Part shown: positions 46,052-54,350 of the stretch, piece by piece
Position numbering within the stretch: position 1 is the first letter of the stretch
Layout: every line of letters begins with the position of its first letter
NCBI GenBank assembly: GCA_046538735.1
Contig: JBKHII010000001.1
Coordinates: 20,305-84,304, forward strand
Direction: 5' to 3'
DNA length: 64,000 nucleotides
DNA from: Spirochaetales bacterium
GTDB lineage: Bacteria; Spirochaetota; Spirochaetia; DSM-27196; SLST01
Translations under genes and position numbers: made by a program
Notes under the pieces: model-generated
Told to the model about the DNA's origin: nothing
The model's database searches: none
Seen by the model: the letters and a program-made list of their open reading frames with translations, nothing else

Positions 46052-46707
46052 ACATCCTCCTCGGCGATGCCGCCCCCTTGAGGAGGCGTCTCGCCCCCGC
46101 GAAGCCTCATCACCCATACGAAGAGCGCCTTTCCGTATCCAACAACGAAGAGCGCACCGGCCGAAAGACCCATCACGCGTACCGGACTCTCGGCGAGTCC
46201 CGGAAGACGAACGACACCGTTGAACGTGCCGACCGGGACCAACGTGATCGTTCCGGCCCCGAGCACTTCGCGTACGAGCGCGATGAAGACCAGGGCGAGC
46301 AGGAAACCGGTGCCCATGCCCAGGCCGTCCAGCACCGCACGGCCCGCCGTGCTGTGCCGCGCGAACGCCTCCGCACGCCCCAGAATGAGACAATTGACCA
46401 CGATGAGCGGGACGAAAATATCCAGTCGCTCACTCAACCCGGGAAGGTGGGCACGAAACACGACGTCCACGCCGGTCACGAACACCGCGACGACGGCGAG
46501 GAAGATCGGCATCCTCAACCGGGCAGGGACGATGTCGCGGACGAGCGACACGGTGAGATTGCTCGCCGACAAGACCACGACGAGTGCCGCGCCGAGACCG
46601 AGTGCGTTCACAACGTGCGTCGTTATCGCGAGCGACGGGCAGAGCCCGAGCAGGAGGACGAATATGGGGTTCTCGCGCAGAATCCCGCGCGTGAAATCAC
46701 GAACCAC
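46048..46707 (-). CDS. rnfE: Rnf electron-transport complex subunit E
   Basis: NPIFVLLLGLCPSLA and FVPLIVVNCLILGRAEAFA are RnfE/NqrD signatures. It overlaps rnfA by 4 nt. Confidence 0.9.
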   Translation of the reverse strand: MVRDFTRGILRENPIFVLLLGLCPSLAITTHVVNALGLGAALVVVLSASNLTVSLVRDIVPARLRMPIFLAVVAVFVTGVDVVFRAHLPGLSERLDIFVPLIVVNCLILGRAEAFARHSTAGRAVLDGLGMGTGFLLALVFIALVREVLGAGTITLVPVGTFNGVVRLPGLAESPVRVMGLSAGALFVVGYGKALFVWVMRLRGGETPPQGGGIAEEDV

Positions 46708-47806
46708 GGAGCGCCTCCCGTCCGGACAGACCGAAACGCCTCGGTTGCGTCCATCGATCGATGAGCGGCACCATCACGTTCATGAGGATGATCGCGAGCG
46801 CTGCGGCCTCCGGGAAACGCCCGAAGGTGCGCAGAAGGAAGGTCAGAAACCCCACGCCCGCCCCATAGACGAGCATGCCGCCCCGCGTGAGCGGCGTTGT
46901 CACCGTGTCGGTCGCCATATAGAAGAGCGCGAGGACCAGGCCGCCCGTGAGCGCAGCGAACAGGACGTCGCCGGCGAAGAAGCCCTGACCGGTCGCCACA
47001 CCCCCGAACACGCGTGTGAAGAGCGCGAACGTGCCGAAAAACGCAACCGGGATGTGCCGGCGAACGACCCGTCGCGCGAAGAGCACGATGGTCCCGGCAA
47101 GGAGCAGCAACGCGGACACCTCGCCGATGCTGCCGGATACGTTTCCAACGAACAGATCCACATATCCCTCGGGCAGGTTGATGCCGAGGGATCCGAGGAT
47201 GTGAGCGTTGAGCCATTCGGTCACGCTCGCGTCCGTCCCGGAAATCGGGTAGCCGGCCTCGCGCAGAAGCTCGAGCGGAGCCGTGCCGGTTCGGCCGCCG
47301 TTCTGTGCCGCCTTCACGATCCCGAGCGGGGTGGCGGCGGAGAATCCGTCAGGCGCGGGAAGCGTCTTCGGCATCGTCCAGCGAGTCATCGCCCCGGTCC
47401 ACGAGAAGAAGACGAACACTCGACCCGCAAGGGCGGGGTTCATCCAGTTCGCTCCCAGACCGCCGAAGGTCCACTTCACGACGAGCATCGCGAACGCGGA
47501 CGCGACGATCGGAATCGCGATCGGAACGGCCGGCGGCATTGTCATGCCGACCAGAAGACCGGTGACGACCGCGCTTCCATCGCCGAGCGTCCTGCGCCCG
47601 AGGGCGCGCGCGGCGAGCGCCTCGGCGACGACTGCGGATGCAACGGCAACGGCGAGCACGAGCAGCGCGCGAAGCCCGAAGACGTAGACGCCCCACAGTG
47701 CGGCGGGAATGAGGCACGCGACGACCGTCCACATGATACGGCCCGTGGTGGAGAGATCGTGGTATTGAGGCGGACGTGTCTGCGGAAAGCCGGCAGCGGT
47801 ACTCAC
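46697..47806 (-). CDS. rnfD: Rnf electron-transport complex subunit D
   Basis: A polytopic protein with the FSAATPL segment (the S-[GA]-A-T covalent FMN site motif of RnfD/NqrB), GSIGEVS and ATDTVTTP. GTG 47806 is preceded by GGGAGG and overlaps the rnfC stop (GTGA). The track ORF extends further upstream into rnfC. Confidence 0.85.
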   Translation of the reverse strand: MSTAAGFPQTRPPQYHDLSTTGRIMWTVVACLIPAALWGVYVFGLRALLVLAVAVASAVVAEALAARALGRRTLGDGSAVVTGLLVGMTMPPAVPIAIPIVASAFAMLVVKWTFGGLGANWMNPALAGRVFVFFSWTGAMTRWTMPKTLPAPDGFSAATPLGIVKAAQNGGRTGTAPLELLREAGYPISGTDASVTEWLNAHILGSLGINLPEGYVDLFVGNVSGSIGEVSALLLLAGTIVLFARRVVRRHIPVAFFGTFALFTRVFGGVATGQGFFAGDVLFAALTGGLVLALFYMATDTVTTPLTRGGMLVYGAGVGFLTFLLRTFGRFPEAAALAIILMNVMVPLIDRWTQPRRFGLSGREALRGS

Positions 47807-49137
47807 CGATCGCCTCCCTGGCTGCGGCGTTCGAGCCGGGCCTTCCCAACGCGGAGCCCGTGAACCAGCGGGATCCGGGACGGGCAGATGTACCCGCACG
47901 AGCCGCATTCGGTGCAATCGAAGAGCCCCTCGGAGGTCGCCTGCGCGAGATCGCCGTGGTCGATCAGCTTGAAGAGGCGCGTGGGATTGAGCCCCATCGG
48001 ACACGCCTCCACGCATCGACCGCACCCGATGCACGGACGCGTGGGCGCCGGCCTGACCTCGCGCTCGGTGAGCGCAAGCACTGCTCGCGCGTCCTTCGTG
48101 ATCGGGGTCGAGAGATCGGTGATCGTCCGACCCACGAGCGGCCCGCCCACGACCACCTTTGCCGGAGTGGTGGACAACCCTCCGCACTCGGCGATCAGAT
48201 CGGCAATGGGAGTACCCACGCGAACCTTGATGTTCGCCGGACTCGTGATCGCTCCTCCCCCAACCGTGACGATTCTCTGAACGAGCGGCTGACCGTACAC
48301 GACCGCCTCCTGGATCGCGACCGCCGTGGCGACCCCTACCGTAACGCACCCCACATCGATCGCGGCGCGGCCCGAAGGAACCTCGCGCCCTGCCACGGCC
48401 TTGATGAGCTGCCGCTCGTCACCCTGGGGGTATTTCACGCGGAGCCGCACGAGCTCGATCCCGCCGCCGGACGCGCGAACCGCGTCTCGCAGCGCCGCGA
48501 GCGCATCGCCTTTGTCCGCCTCGATAGCGATGAACGTCCGGGTGGGTCCGACCGCGCGCGCAACGATCCGGGCGCCCTCCACGATCGCCTGCGCACGCTC
48601 CACCATGAGCCGGTGATCGGCCGAGAGGTACGGCTCGGACTCGCACCCGTTCACGATGAGCAGATCGCATCGGGAGTCGGCGGCGGTTCCAAGGCGCTCG
48701 TGCATCGGCTCGGGCGGGCCGTCCATCGCGACCACGCCGTTCTCCCGGATCGCCTGGAGAACGTCCGCCGAGTCGAGTGAGTCGCCGGATCGGCGCTCCG
48801 TTCGCTTGCCCAGGCGGTCGAACTCTCCGTCCATGTCGATCACAATCGCCGGTGAGCTCGCGCCGCCGGGCAGCAGAACGCTCCGCACCTCGCGCACGAC
48901 ACCCGGAATGGGCGCGTGCACGTTGGCTCCGCCGGCGCCAACGGCACGGCCGATGAGCATACCCTCCCGCACGCGATCGCCGGGGGCCACGAGCGGTCGA
49001 GCCGGAGCGCCGGTATGCTGGAGGAGTGGGACGACCGAGGTCGGCGGGATAATCGCGTTCCTCGTGGGGACGTGTCTTGTCTTCTTCTTTTGCGTGGGCG
49101 GGTGGATCCCCCCCTGTGGAAACGTCACGCTACGCAT
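47803..49137 (-). CDS. rnfC: Rnf electron-transport complex subunit C
   Basis: GGIHPP, LLIVNGCESEPYLSADHRLM and two 4Fe-4S motifs (CIGCGRCVEACP; CTECGSCGYICP). Confidence 0.9.
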   Translation of the reverse strand: MRSVTFPQGGIHPPTQKKKTRHVPTRNAIIPPTSVVPLLQHTGAPARPLVAPGDRVREGMLIGRAVGAGGANVHAPIPGVVREVRSVLLPGGASSPAIVIDMDGEFDRLGKRTERRSGDSLDSADVLQAIRENGVVAMDGPPEPMHERLGTAADSRCDLLIVNGCESEPYLSADHRLMVERAQAIVEGARIVARAVGPTRTFIAIEADKGDALAALRDAVRASGGGIELVRLRVKYPQGDERQLIKAVAGREVPSGRAAIDVGCVTVGVATAVAIQEAVVYGQPLVQRIVTVGGGAITSPANIKVRVGTPIADLIAECGGLSTTPAKVVVGGPLVGRTITDLSTPITKDARAVLALTEREVRPAPTRPCIGCGRCVEACPMGLNPTRLFKLIDHGDLAQATSEGLFDCTECGSCGYICPSRIPLVHGLRVGKARLERRSQGGDR

Positions 49138-49138
49138 T

Positions 49139-50677
49139 TCAGGCTACCTGTCTACGTCGCCGTGCGAGCTCAACGACCGAATCTCGCGCCCAGACCAGCC
49201 GAGTCCACGGGAACGACGCAAGCAAGAACGGCGCGAGCACCAGCACGACGAACGCAAGATGCTGCAAGAATCGGGAGTAGTCGGAGTATATGGCGTCGTT
49301 TGGCGAGAGAACAACCCCTGTTGCGTAGCCGAGCCCGGCAAGCATGCTCGCGATCCCGGCGGGCGTCTCTGCGAGCGCCCGATCGGCCCAGGCGCGGTCG
49401 AGCTCCATGACCGTCTCCGTAAAGCTGCTGTACGAGCCGTCCGGCTCCTCGCGAAACCGCGTCAGCGAGAGCTCCTCGTCCGGCGCGGGAAAGCCGTACT
49501 CCCGGCCGTACACGACTCCCTCCTGGTAGGCGCGATGCGCCAGATAGTCCGAGAGGTCGGGAAGCCGGTCCGCGAGCGCACGGTCGGTGTGCGCGAGCCG
49601 GAGCAGGCGGAGCGAGCCGTAGCCGAGAGGGGCGCGGTCGACGGCAGTGGGAACCGGCCGCGAGACGGCGCCTGCGGGCACGAGCCCGTCAACCAGGGGC
49701 GGCACGATCGCGAGGAACGGCAGCGCGAGCAGCGCGACGCGCGTCCACGCACGTCCCGAGCTCTCTCTCCGCGCCGGGTTGAGAATCGGTACCGGCACGA
49801 ACGGTCGATGGTCGGGATCGTATCGGCGCTGTGCCAGGAGGATGCAGACGAGAACCGCAGCGACCGATCCCGCCGCGGCAACGGCGAAGGCGAATACCGA
49901 GCGCCACCCCGCAAGCCGAACGAGATAGGCGGCCGAAACGGGGAGCGAGACAAGGAGCACGATCCCGCGCAGGCGGAGCGACGACAGGCCGGCCCCCGAG
50001 CGGCGGCGAGGCGCCGCCCACACGCGGTCGAATTCGGCCGCGGCCCACGCGACAAGCAGGACGCTTGCGGCGGACGCAACGGTTGCGGCGAGCCCGAACG
50101 AGAGCACGAAGGGAACCCACGGAACGAGCGCCGGAGCGAATCGCGCGCGGAGGCGTCCGAAGGCGACCGATGCCGCCACCCCCACGGACGTGAAGATCAC
50201 GAGAGCCCACGTCGCGCGGAACAGCGACCATTCGGCGATGCGGGAGGTCGAGCCGAGTGCACGTTTGACGAGACGTTCGGAGCGAGCGAGTGAACCGTCG
50301 AACCGGACGTAGAGCGCGTTTCGACCGTCGATCTCGAAGAAACGGCTCAGACCGACGATCCACGGGTCACGACGCGGATCGAGCGGATCGAGCGCTTCGA
50401 GCGCGCTCGCGAGCGACACGGTCTCCACGAATCGGAATCGCGAGAGGAGCACCTCCGTGGTCGCCGGCGTGACCACCTCGATCGCGCCGGCCTCGACCAG
50501 GAGGCGCTCGGCCTCGTCGTGCGCGAGATCCGTAACGACCGTCACGTACGGGTCGAGCGGTCGCAGCGTGCGGTAAAGACGCGGCGAGAGCATCCAGAGG
50601 GAGAGCGAGCAGAGGAAGAACGCGAGGAGAAGGACTCCGGCGATTCGCGCACCTGTGCTCGAGCTCGATCTCTTCAC
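49139..50677 (-). CDS. Polytopic membrane protein of unknown function (512 aa), translationally adjacent to rnfC
   Basis: An N-terminal TM, a soluble segment of about 130 aa, then at least 7 hydrophobic spans and a C-terminal TM. The stop is 1 nt before the rnfC ATG. The start overlaps the DUF212 gene stop by 4 nt. I recognise no motif. Confidence 0.6.
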   Translation of the reverse strand: MKRSSSSTGARIAGVLLLAFFLCSLSLWMLSPRLYRTLRPLDPYVTVVTDLAHDEAERLLVEAGAIEVVTPATTEVLLSRFRFVETVSLASALEALDPLDPRRDPWIVGLSRFFEIDGRNALYVRFDGSLARSERLVKRALGSTSRIAEWSLFRATWALVIFTSVGVAASVAFGRLRARFAPALVPWVPFVLSFGLAATVASAASVLLVAWAAAEFDRVWAAPRRRSGAGLSSLRLRGIVLLVSLPVSAAYLVRLAGWRSVFAFAVAAAGSVAAVLVCILLAQRRYDPDHRPFVPVPILNPARRESSGRAWTRVALLALPFLAIVPPLVDGLVPAGAVSRPVPTAVDRAPLGYGSLRLLRLAHTDRALADRLPDLSDYLAHRAYQEGVVYGREYGFPAPDEELSLTRFREEPDGSYSSFTETVMELDRAWADRALAETPAGIASMLAGLGYATGVVLSPNDAIYSDYSRFLQHLAFVVLVLAPFLLASFPWTRLVWARDSVVELARRRRQVA

Positions 50678-51153
50678 AACTGACTGAACGCGATCGCGAT
50701 GAAGAAACCCAACGCAACACCCACCGCGACTTCGATGGGGGTGTGGCCGTGTATCTCCTTCACCGGATGATACGCGATGTTGAACCGCTGCTTGAGCTGT
50801 CTCCCGATCTCGTTGAGCGCGCGCGCCTGATGCCCGGCGCTGCGCCGAACGCCGAGGGCGTCACGGATGATCAGGATCCCGTAGAAGAGACTGAGCGTGA
50901 ACAGCGGTGTGCCCGGGCCGTGCTCGAAACCGATGGAGGTTGCGAGCGCAGTAACGAGAGAGGAGTGACTACTCGGCATGCCGCCCGTCTTCCAGAACAT
51001 CGTCGCGACCGCCTCGCCGGACGTCCGTGATCGCTGCCGCGCGATATCGATAATCGTCTTGAGCAGCTGCGCGATGAACCATGAGAAGAAGGCGGAAAGG
51101 AACACCGGCCCGGTCACCAGGTCGTACAGGGCGGTTACGGTTCGGGCCTCCAT
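50674..51153 (-). CDS. DUF212 / divergent PAP2 (YuiD-like) membrane protein
   Basis: The GGMPSSHSS motif, the IRDALGVRRSAGHQA segment and a HTPIEV signature are present. ATG 51153 is chosen (MEARTV). Confidence 0.8.
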   Translation of the reverse strand: MEARTVTALYDLVTGPVFLSAFFSWFIAQLLKTIIDIARQRSRTSGEAVATMFWKTGGMPSSHSSLVTALATSIGFEHGPGTPLFTLSLFYGILIIRDALGVRRSAGHQARALNEIGRQLKQRFNIAYHPVKEIHGHTPIEVAVGVALGFFIAIAFSQL

Positions 51154-51184
51154 GGTGTAGAGAGTTTGTCGTCCGGTCCATGCT

Positions 51185-51213
51185 TTGTCAACAAGCGAGA
51201 CCTTCGGTAGAGT
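51185..51213 (+). promoter_or_regulatory. Candidate sigma70-type promoter for the pseudouridine synthase gene
   Basis: TTGTCA, a 17-nt spacer, then TAGAGT. The -10 ends 8 nt before the only possible start (GTG 51222). A perfect TTGACA on the opposite strand (51187-51192) overlaps the -35. Confidence 0.4.
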
Positions 51214-51221
51214 GATCGGAG

Positions 51222-52223
51222 GTGAGCACGCGATACCACACGACAACCCTCGGCGCGAACGACGACGGCCGCCGGCTCGACCGCGTTCTTCGCAAGGCGT
51301 TGCCGGGCATCCCCCTGAGCCGCATCTACCGCGCGCTGCGATCGCGCGAGATCACGGTGAACGGCAGGCGCGTGCGCCACGACACGCGCGTCAGCGAGGG
51401 CGACACGCTCGAGATCGCGGACAGCGTCTCCGGCGCGCGGATCTCGACCGATGCGGCGGCACGCCGGCCGTCAGGGACGCGCGAAGGAACGCGCGAAGAG
51501 GCCGCGCATCGCCGGCGGATCGCCTCGCGCATCGCCTACGAGAGCGACGACCTGCTGGTGGTCGCGAAGGAACGAGGCGAGCTCACGCACGACGGAGCGG
51601 GCTCGCTCGAGGAACGCGTGCGCGCCTACCTGGAAGGCAAGGTCGCCGGCGGGTTGAGCTACCGCCCGGGCCCGGTTCACCGGCTCGACCGCAACACGAG
51701 CGGCCTCGTCGTCTTCGGCGTCTCGCTCGCGGGCGCGCAGGCCGCGACGACGGCGCTCCAGGACGGGACGCTCGTGAAGGAGTACGTCGCGATCCTCGAG
51801 GGTCGCGCGGACGCCGCGACGTGGGTCGACCGGCTCGAACGGAACCGCGCGAGCGGCGTGACGATGCGGGGCGCGGGCGACTCGGGCAAACGCGCCGTGA
51901 CCCGGGTCGATCCGTTCGCGACCTCCAACGGCGCGACGCTCGCGCTGGTTCGGATCGAAACGGGGCGAACGCACCAGATCCGGGCGCAGGCGAGGCTCCA
52001 CGGGCACCCGCTCCTGGGCGATCGGAAGTACGGAAGCACGGCGCGCGGGCCGTACTTCCTGCACGCCGCGGCGCTCGAGGCGGTCGGTCCGGCGCGGGAG
52101 AGCCTCGGCTTCCATCGCGTGTATGCGGAGCCGCCCCAGGCGTTCCGCGAGCGCATCGTCGACCTGTTCGGACCGGAAGCGCTCGAGTCGGTGGTTTCAC
52201 GGCTCGCCGCGGGACTATATTGA
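51222..52223 (+). CDS. RluA-family pseudouridine synthase with N-terminal S4 domain (RluC/RluD-like)
   Basis: S4 domain: GRRLDRVLRKALPGIPLSRIYRALRSREITVNGRR. Catalytic motif HRLDRNTSGLVVF. RTHQIRAQ is also present. Confidence 0.85.
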   Translation: MSTRYHTTTLGANDDGRRLDRVLRKALPGIPLSRIYRALRSREITVNGRRVRHDTRVSEGDTLEIADSVSGARISTDAAARRPSGTREGTREEAAHRRRIASRIAYESDDLLVVAKERGELTHDGAGSLEERVRAYLEGKVAGGLSYRPGPVHRLDRNTSGLVVFGVSLAGAQAATTALQDGTLVKEYVAILEGRADAATWVDRLERNRASGVTMRGAGDSGKRAVTRVDPFATSNGATLALVRIETGRTHQIRAQARLHGHPLLGDRKYGSTARGPYFLHAAALEAVGPARESLGFHRVYAEPPQAFRERIVDLFGPEALESVVSRLAAGLY

Positions 52224-52227
52224 ACGC

Positions 52228-53115
52228 ATGGTGAAGTTCCTCGAGCGACTGCTGTTCCGTCTGCGAGGCATCAAGGTATTCGCGCTCGTGGGAAAGAGCG
52301 GCACCGGGAAGAGCTTCCGGGCGCAGCTCCTCATGGAGAAGTACGGCATCGACGTCATGATCGACGACGGGCTCCTCATCCGCGACCGCAGGATCGTCGC
52401 GGGCCGCTCGGCGAAGCGCGAGAAGAACTACCTCTCGGCAGTGAAGACCGCGCTCTTCAACGACCGGAATCACCGCAACGAGGTGCTCCGCGCGCTGGAA
52501 GCGCTCAAGTTCAAGAAGGTGCTCATCCTCGGCACGAGCGAGCGGATGGTGACCAAGATCGCGCAGGTCCTCCACCTCCCGCCGATCCACAAGATGGTGA
52601 AGATCGAGGAGATCGCGACCGCCGAGGAGATCAACACCGCGATCCACTACCGCAACACGCAGGGGCGCCACGTGATCCCCGTGCCCACGATCGAGGTCAA
52701 GCGAACCTACCCGCGAATCATGGCCGACTCGCTGAAGATCCTCTTCAAACGCGGATTCGGCGTGGGCAGGAACAAGAAGCTCTTCGAGAAGACGGTCGTC
52801 CGGCCCGAGTTCAGCAGAAAGGGCGAGGTCAGCATCTCGAAGGCGGCACTCAGCCAGATGATCCTGCACTGCGTGGACGAGTACGGAACCGGTGTCAAAA
52901 TCAAGCGCCTGCTCATCTCCAAGGATCGGGAAGGCTATCAGATCGACGTCTTCCTCGACGTTCCACTCGGCGTTCCGCTCGCGGGCACGCTCCACGAGCT
53001 TCAGCGCTACATCGTAGAACAGATCGAACGCTACACCGGCATCATCATCGACGAGCTCAACGTCACGATCGACAGCCTGGATGCGGCCCCGGAGTCGGCC
53101 GGAAAAAGAGTTTGA
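52228..53115 (+). CDS. P-loop NTPase domain fused to an Asp23/Gls24-family domain
   Basis: The N-terminal half has Walker A (LVGKSGTGKS). The C-terminus (GEVSISKAALSQMILHCVDEYGTGVKIKRLLISKDREGYQIDVFLDVPLGVPLAGTLHELQRYIVEQIERYTGIIIDELNVTIDSL) fits the Asp23 pattern. Confidence 0.7.
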   Translation: MVKFLERLLFRLRGIKVFALVGKSGTGKSFRAQLLMEKYGIDVMIDDGLLIRDRRIVAGRSAKREKNYLSAVKTALFNDRNHRNEVLRALEALKFKKVLILGTSERMVTKIAQVLHLPPIHKMVKIEEIATAEEINTAIHYRNTQGRHVIPVPTIEVKRTYPRIMADSLKILFKRGFGVGRNKKLFEKTVVRPEFSRKGEVSISKAALSQMILHCVDEYGTGVKIKRLLISKDREGYQIDVFLDVPLGVPLAGTLHELQRYIVEQIERYTGIIIDELNVTIDSLDAAPESAGKRV

Positions 53116-53161
53116 CAGGCCAATCTGCAAGCCACTACTATTCGACTCAGGAGGCTCCCGA

Positions 53162-54349
53162 ATGCGGAAACCAGCCTTTTTCGTTCTCTTGGCAGCAGTT
53201 GCGGTTTCGCTGTCGGCCCAGAATTCCACATTCGCCGAGTACGAGACCGACCACTACCGCGTGCTCTCCGAGATCGGCGAAGACCACGCTCAAGCAACGG
53301 CCGAGAAACTCGAGGCGCTGCTCGAGCTCTACAACGAGTACCTGCACTTCGAGCTGGACGAGCTTCCGGTACGCCTGCGGGCGCGCTTCTTCTCGAGCAA
53401 GGAACGCTACGACAACTACCTCGAGCGCGTGATCGACTCCACGCGCGACGATTTCGTCTACCTGCACTACACGGACCTCGCGAAGAGCGAGCTCGTGGGC
53501 TACCCGATGGAGGACGAGTCGTTCGAGGTTTCGCTCAAGCATCAGGGCTTCATCCAGTTCCTCCGCGCCTTCGTCCCGAATCCGCCGCTCTGGCTCCGCG
53601 AGGGCTTCGCGGTCTACTTCGAGGAGGTGGAGTTCGACGACCAGCTCGATCGTGCCGTCTACCGCGAGAACCTCGCGTGGCTCGAGACGCTCCAGTCGAT
53701 CGTAGAAGGCGCCGCCGACCAACAGCCGATCCCGCTCTCCGAGATGCTCCGCATGGACGTTGAGGAGGCTCGGGAGCAAATCGAGGTCTTCTACCCGCAG
53801 GCGTGGGGCATGGTGAGCTTCCTCCTCAACAGCGCCAACCGCGACTACAACCGTATCATCTGGGACTCGATGAGCGCGCTCCAAGCGGACGCGAGCCTCC
53901 AGGAGAACTCGCAATCGGTCTGGGACGAGGCGTTCATCTGGGAAGAGGAGCAACTCCTGATCGACGCGTTCGTGGGCTACGTCCAGGATCGCAAGAGCTT
54001 CCGGACGCTCGTCCAGGACGGAATCGAGCAGTATGCCGACGGTGAGCTCGAAACCGCCGAGGCGTCGTTCGTGACCGCGCTCAAGCTCCGCGAAGACAAC
54101 TTCATCCCCTACTACTACCTGGGGCTCATCAACTACGACCGCAACAACTACGGTCTCGCCGACTTCTACTACAAGGAAGCACTCGACCGCGGCGCGGCGG
54201 AACCGCTCACCTACTACGCGCTCGGCGTGAACGCCTACGCGGACAACCGTTTTGACGACGCGGTCGGCTACCTGGAGCAGACGATCGCGCTCGATCCGGA
54301 GGCGTACGAGGACAAAGCCTCGCAGCTGATCGAGCGGATTCAGGGATAG
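53162..54349 (+). CDS. Secreted protein with DUF1570-like N-terminal region and C-terminal TPR repeats
   Basis: Signal peptide MRKPAFFVLLAAVAVSLSAQ. TPR-like repeats (AEASFVTALKLREDNFIPYYYLGLINY, ADFYYKEALDRG, AVGYLEQTIALDP). Confidence 0.7.
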   Translation: MRKPAFFVLLAAVAVSLSAQNSTFAEYETDHYRVLSEIGEDHAQATAEKLEALLELYNEYLHFELDELPVRLRARFFSSKERYDNYLERVIDSTRDDFVYLHYTDLAKSELVGYPMEDESFEVSLKHQGFIQFLRAFVPNPPLWLREGFAVYFEEVEFDDQLDRAVYRENLAWLETLQSIVEGAADQQPIPLSEMLRMDVEEAREQIEVFYPQAWGMVSFLLNSANRDYNRIIWDSMSALQADASLQENSQSVWDEAFIWEEEQLLIDAFVGYVQDRKSFRTLVQDGIEQYADGELETAEASFVTALKLREDNFIPYYYLGLINYDRNNYGLADFYYKEALDRGAAEPLTYYALGVNAYADNRFDDAVGYLEQTIALDPEAYEDKASQLIERIQG

Positions 54350-54350
54350 G

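Noticed and set aside
46697-46707. Looked for a hidden rnfG between rnfD and rnfE, or an RnfG domain fused to RnfD
   Set aside because: The two genes overlap by 11 nt. The 369-aa RnfD is normal length with no extra FMN_bind-like C-terminal domain, so rnfG is genuinely absent from this locus.
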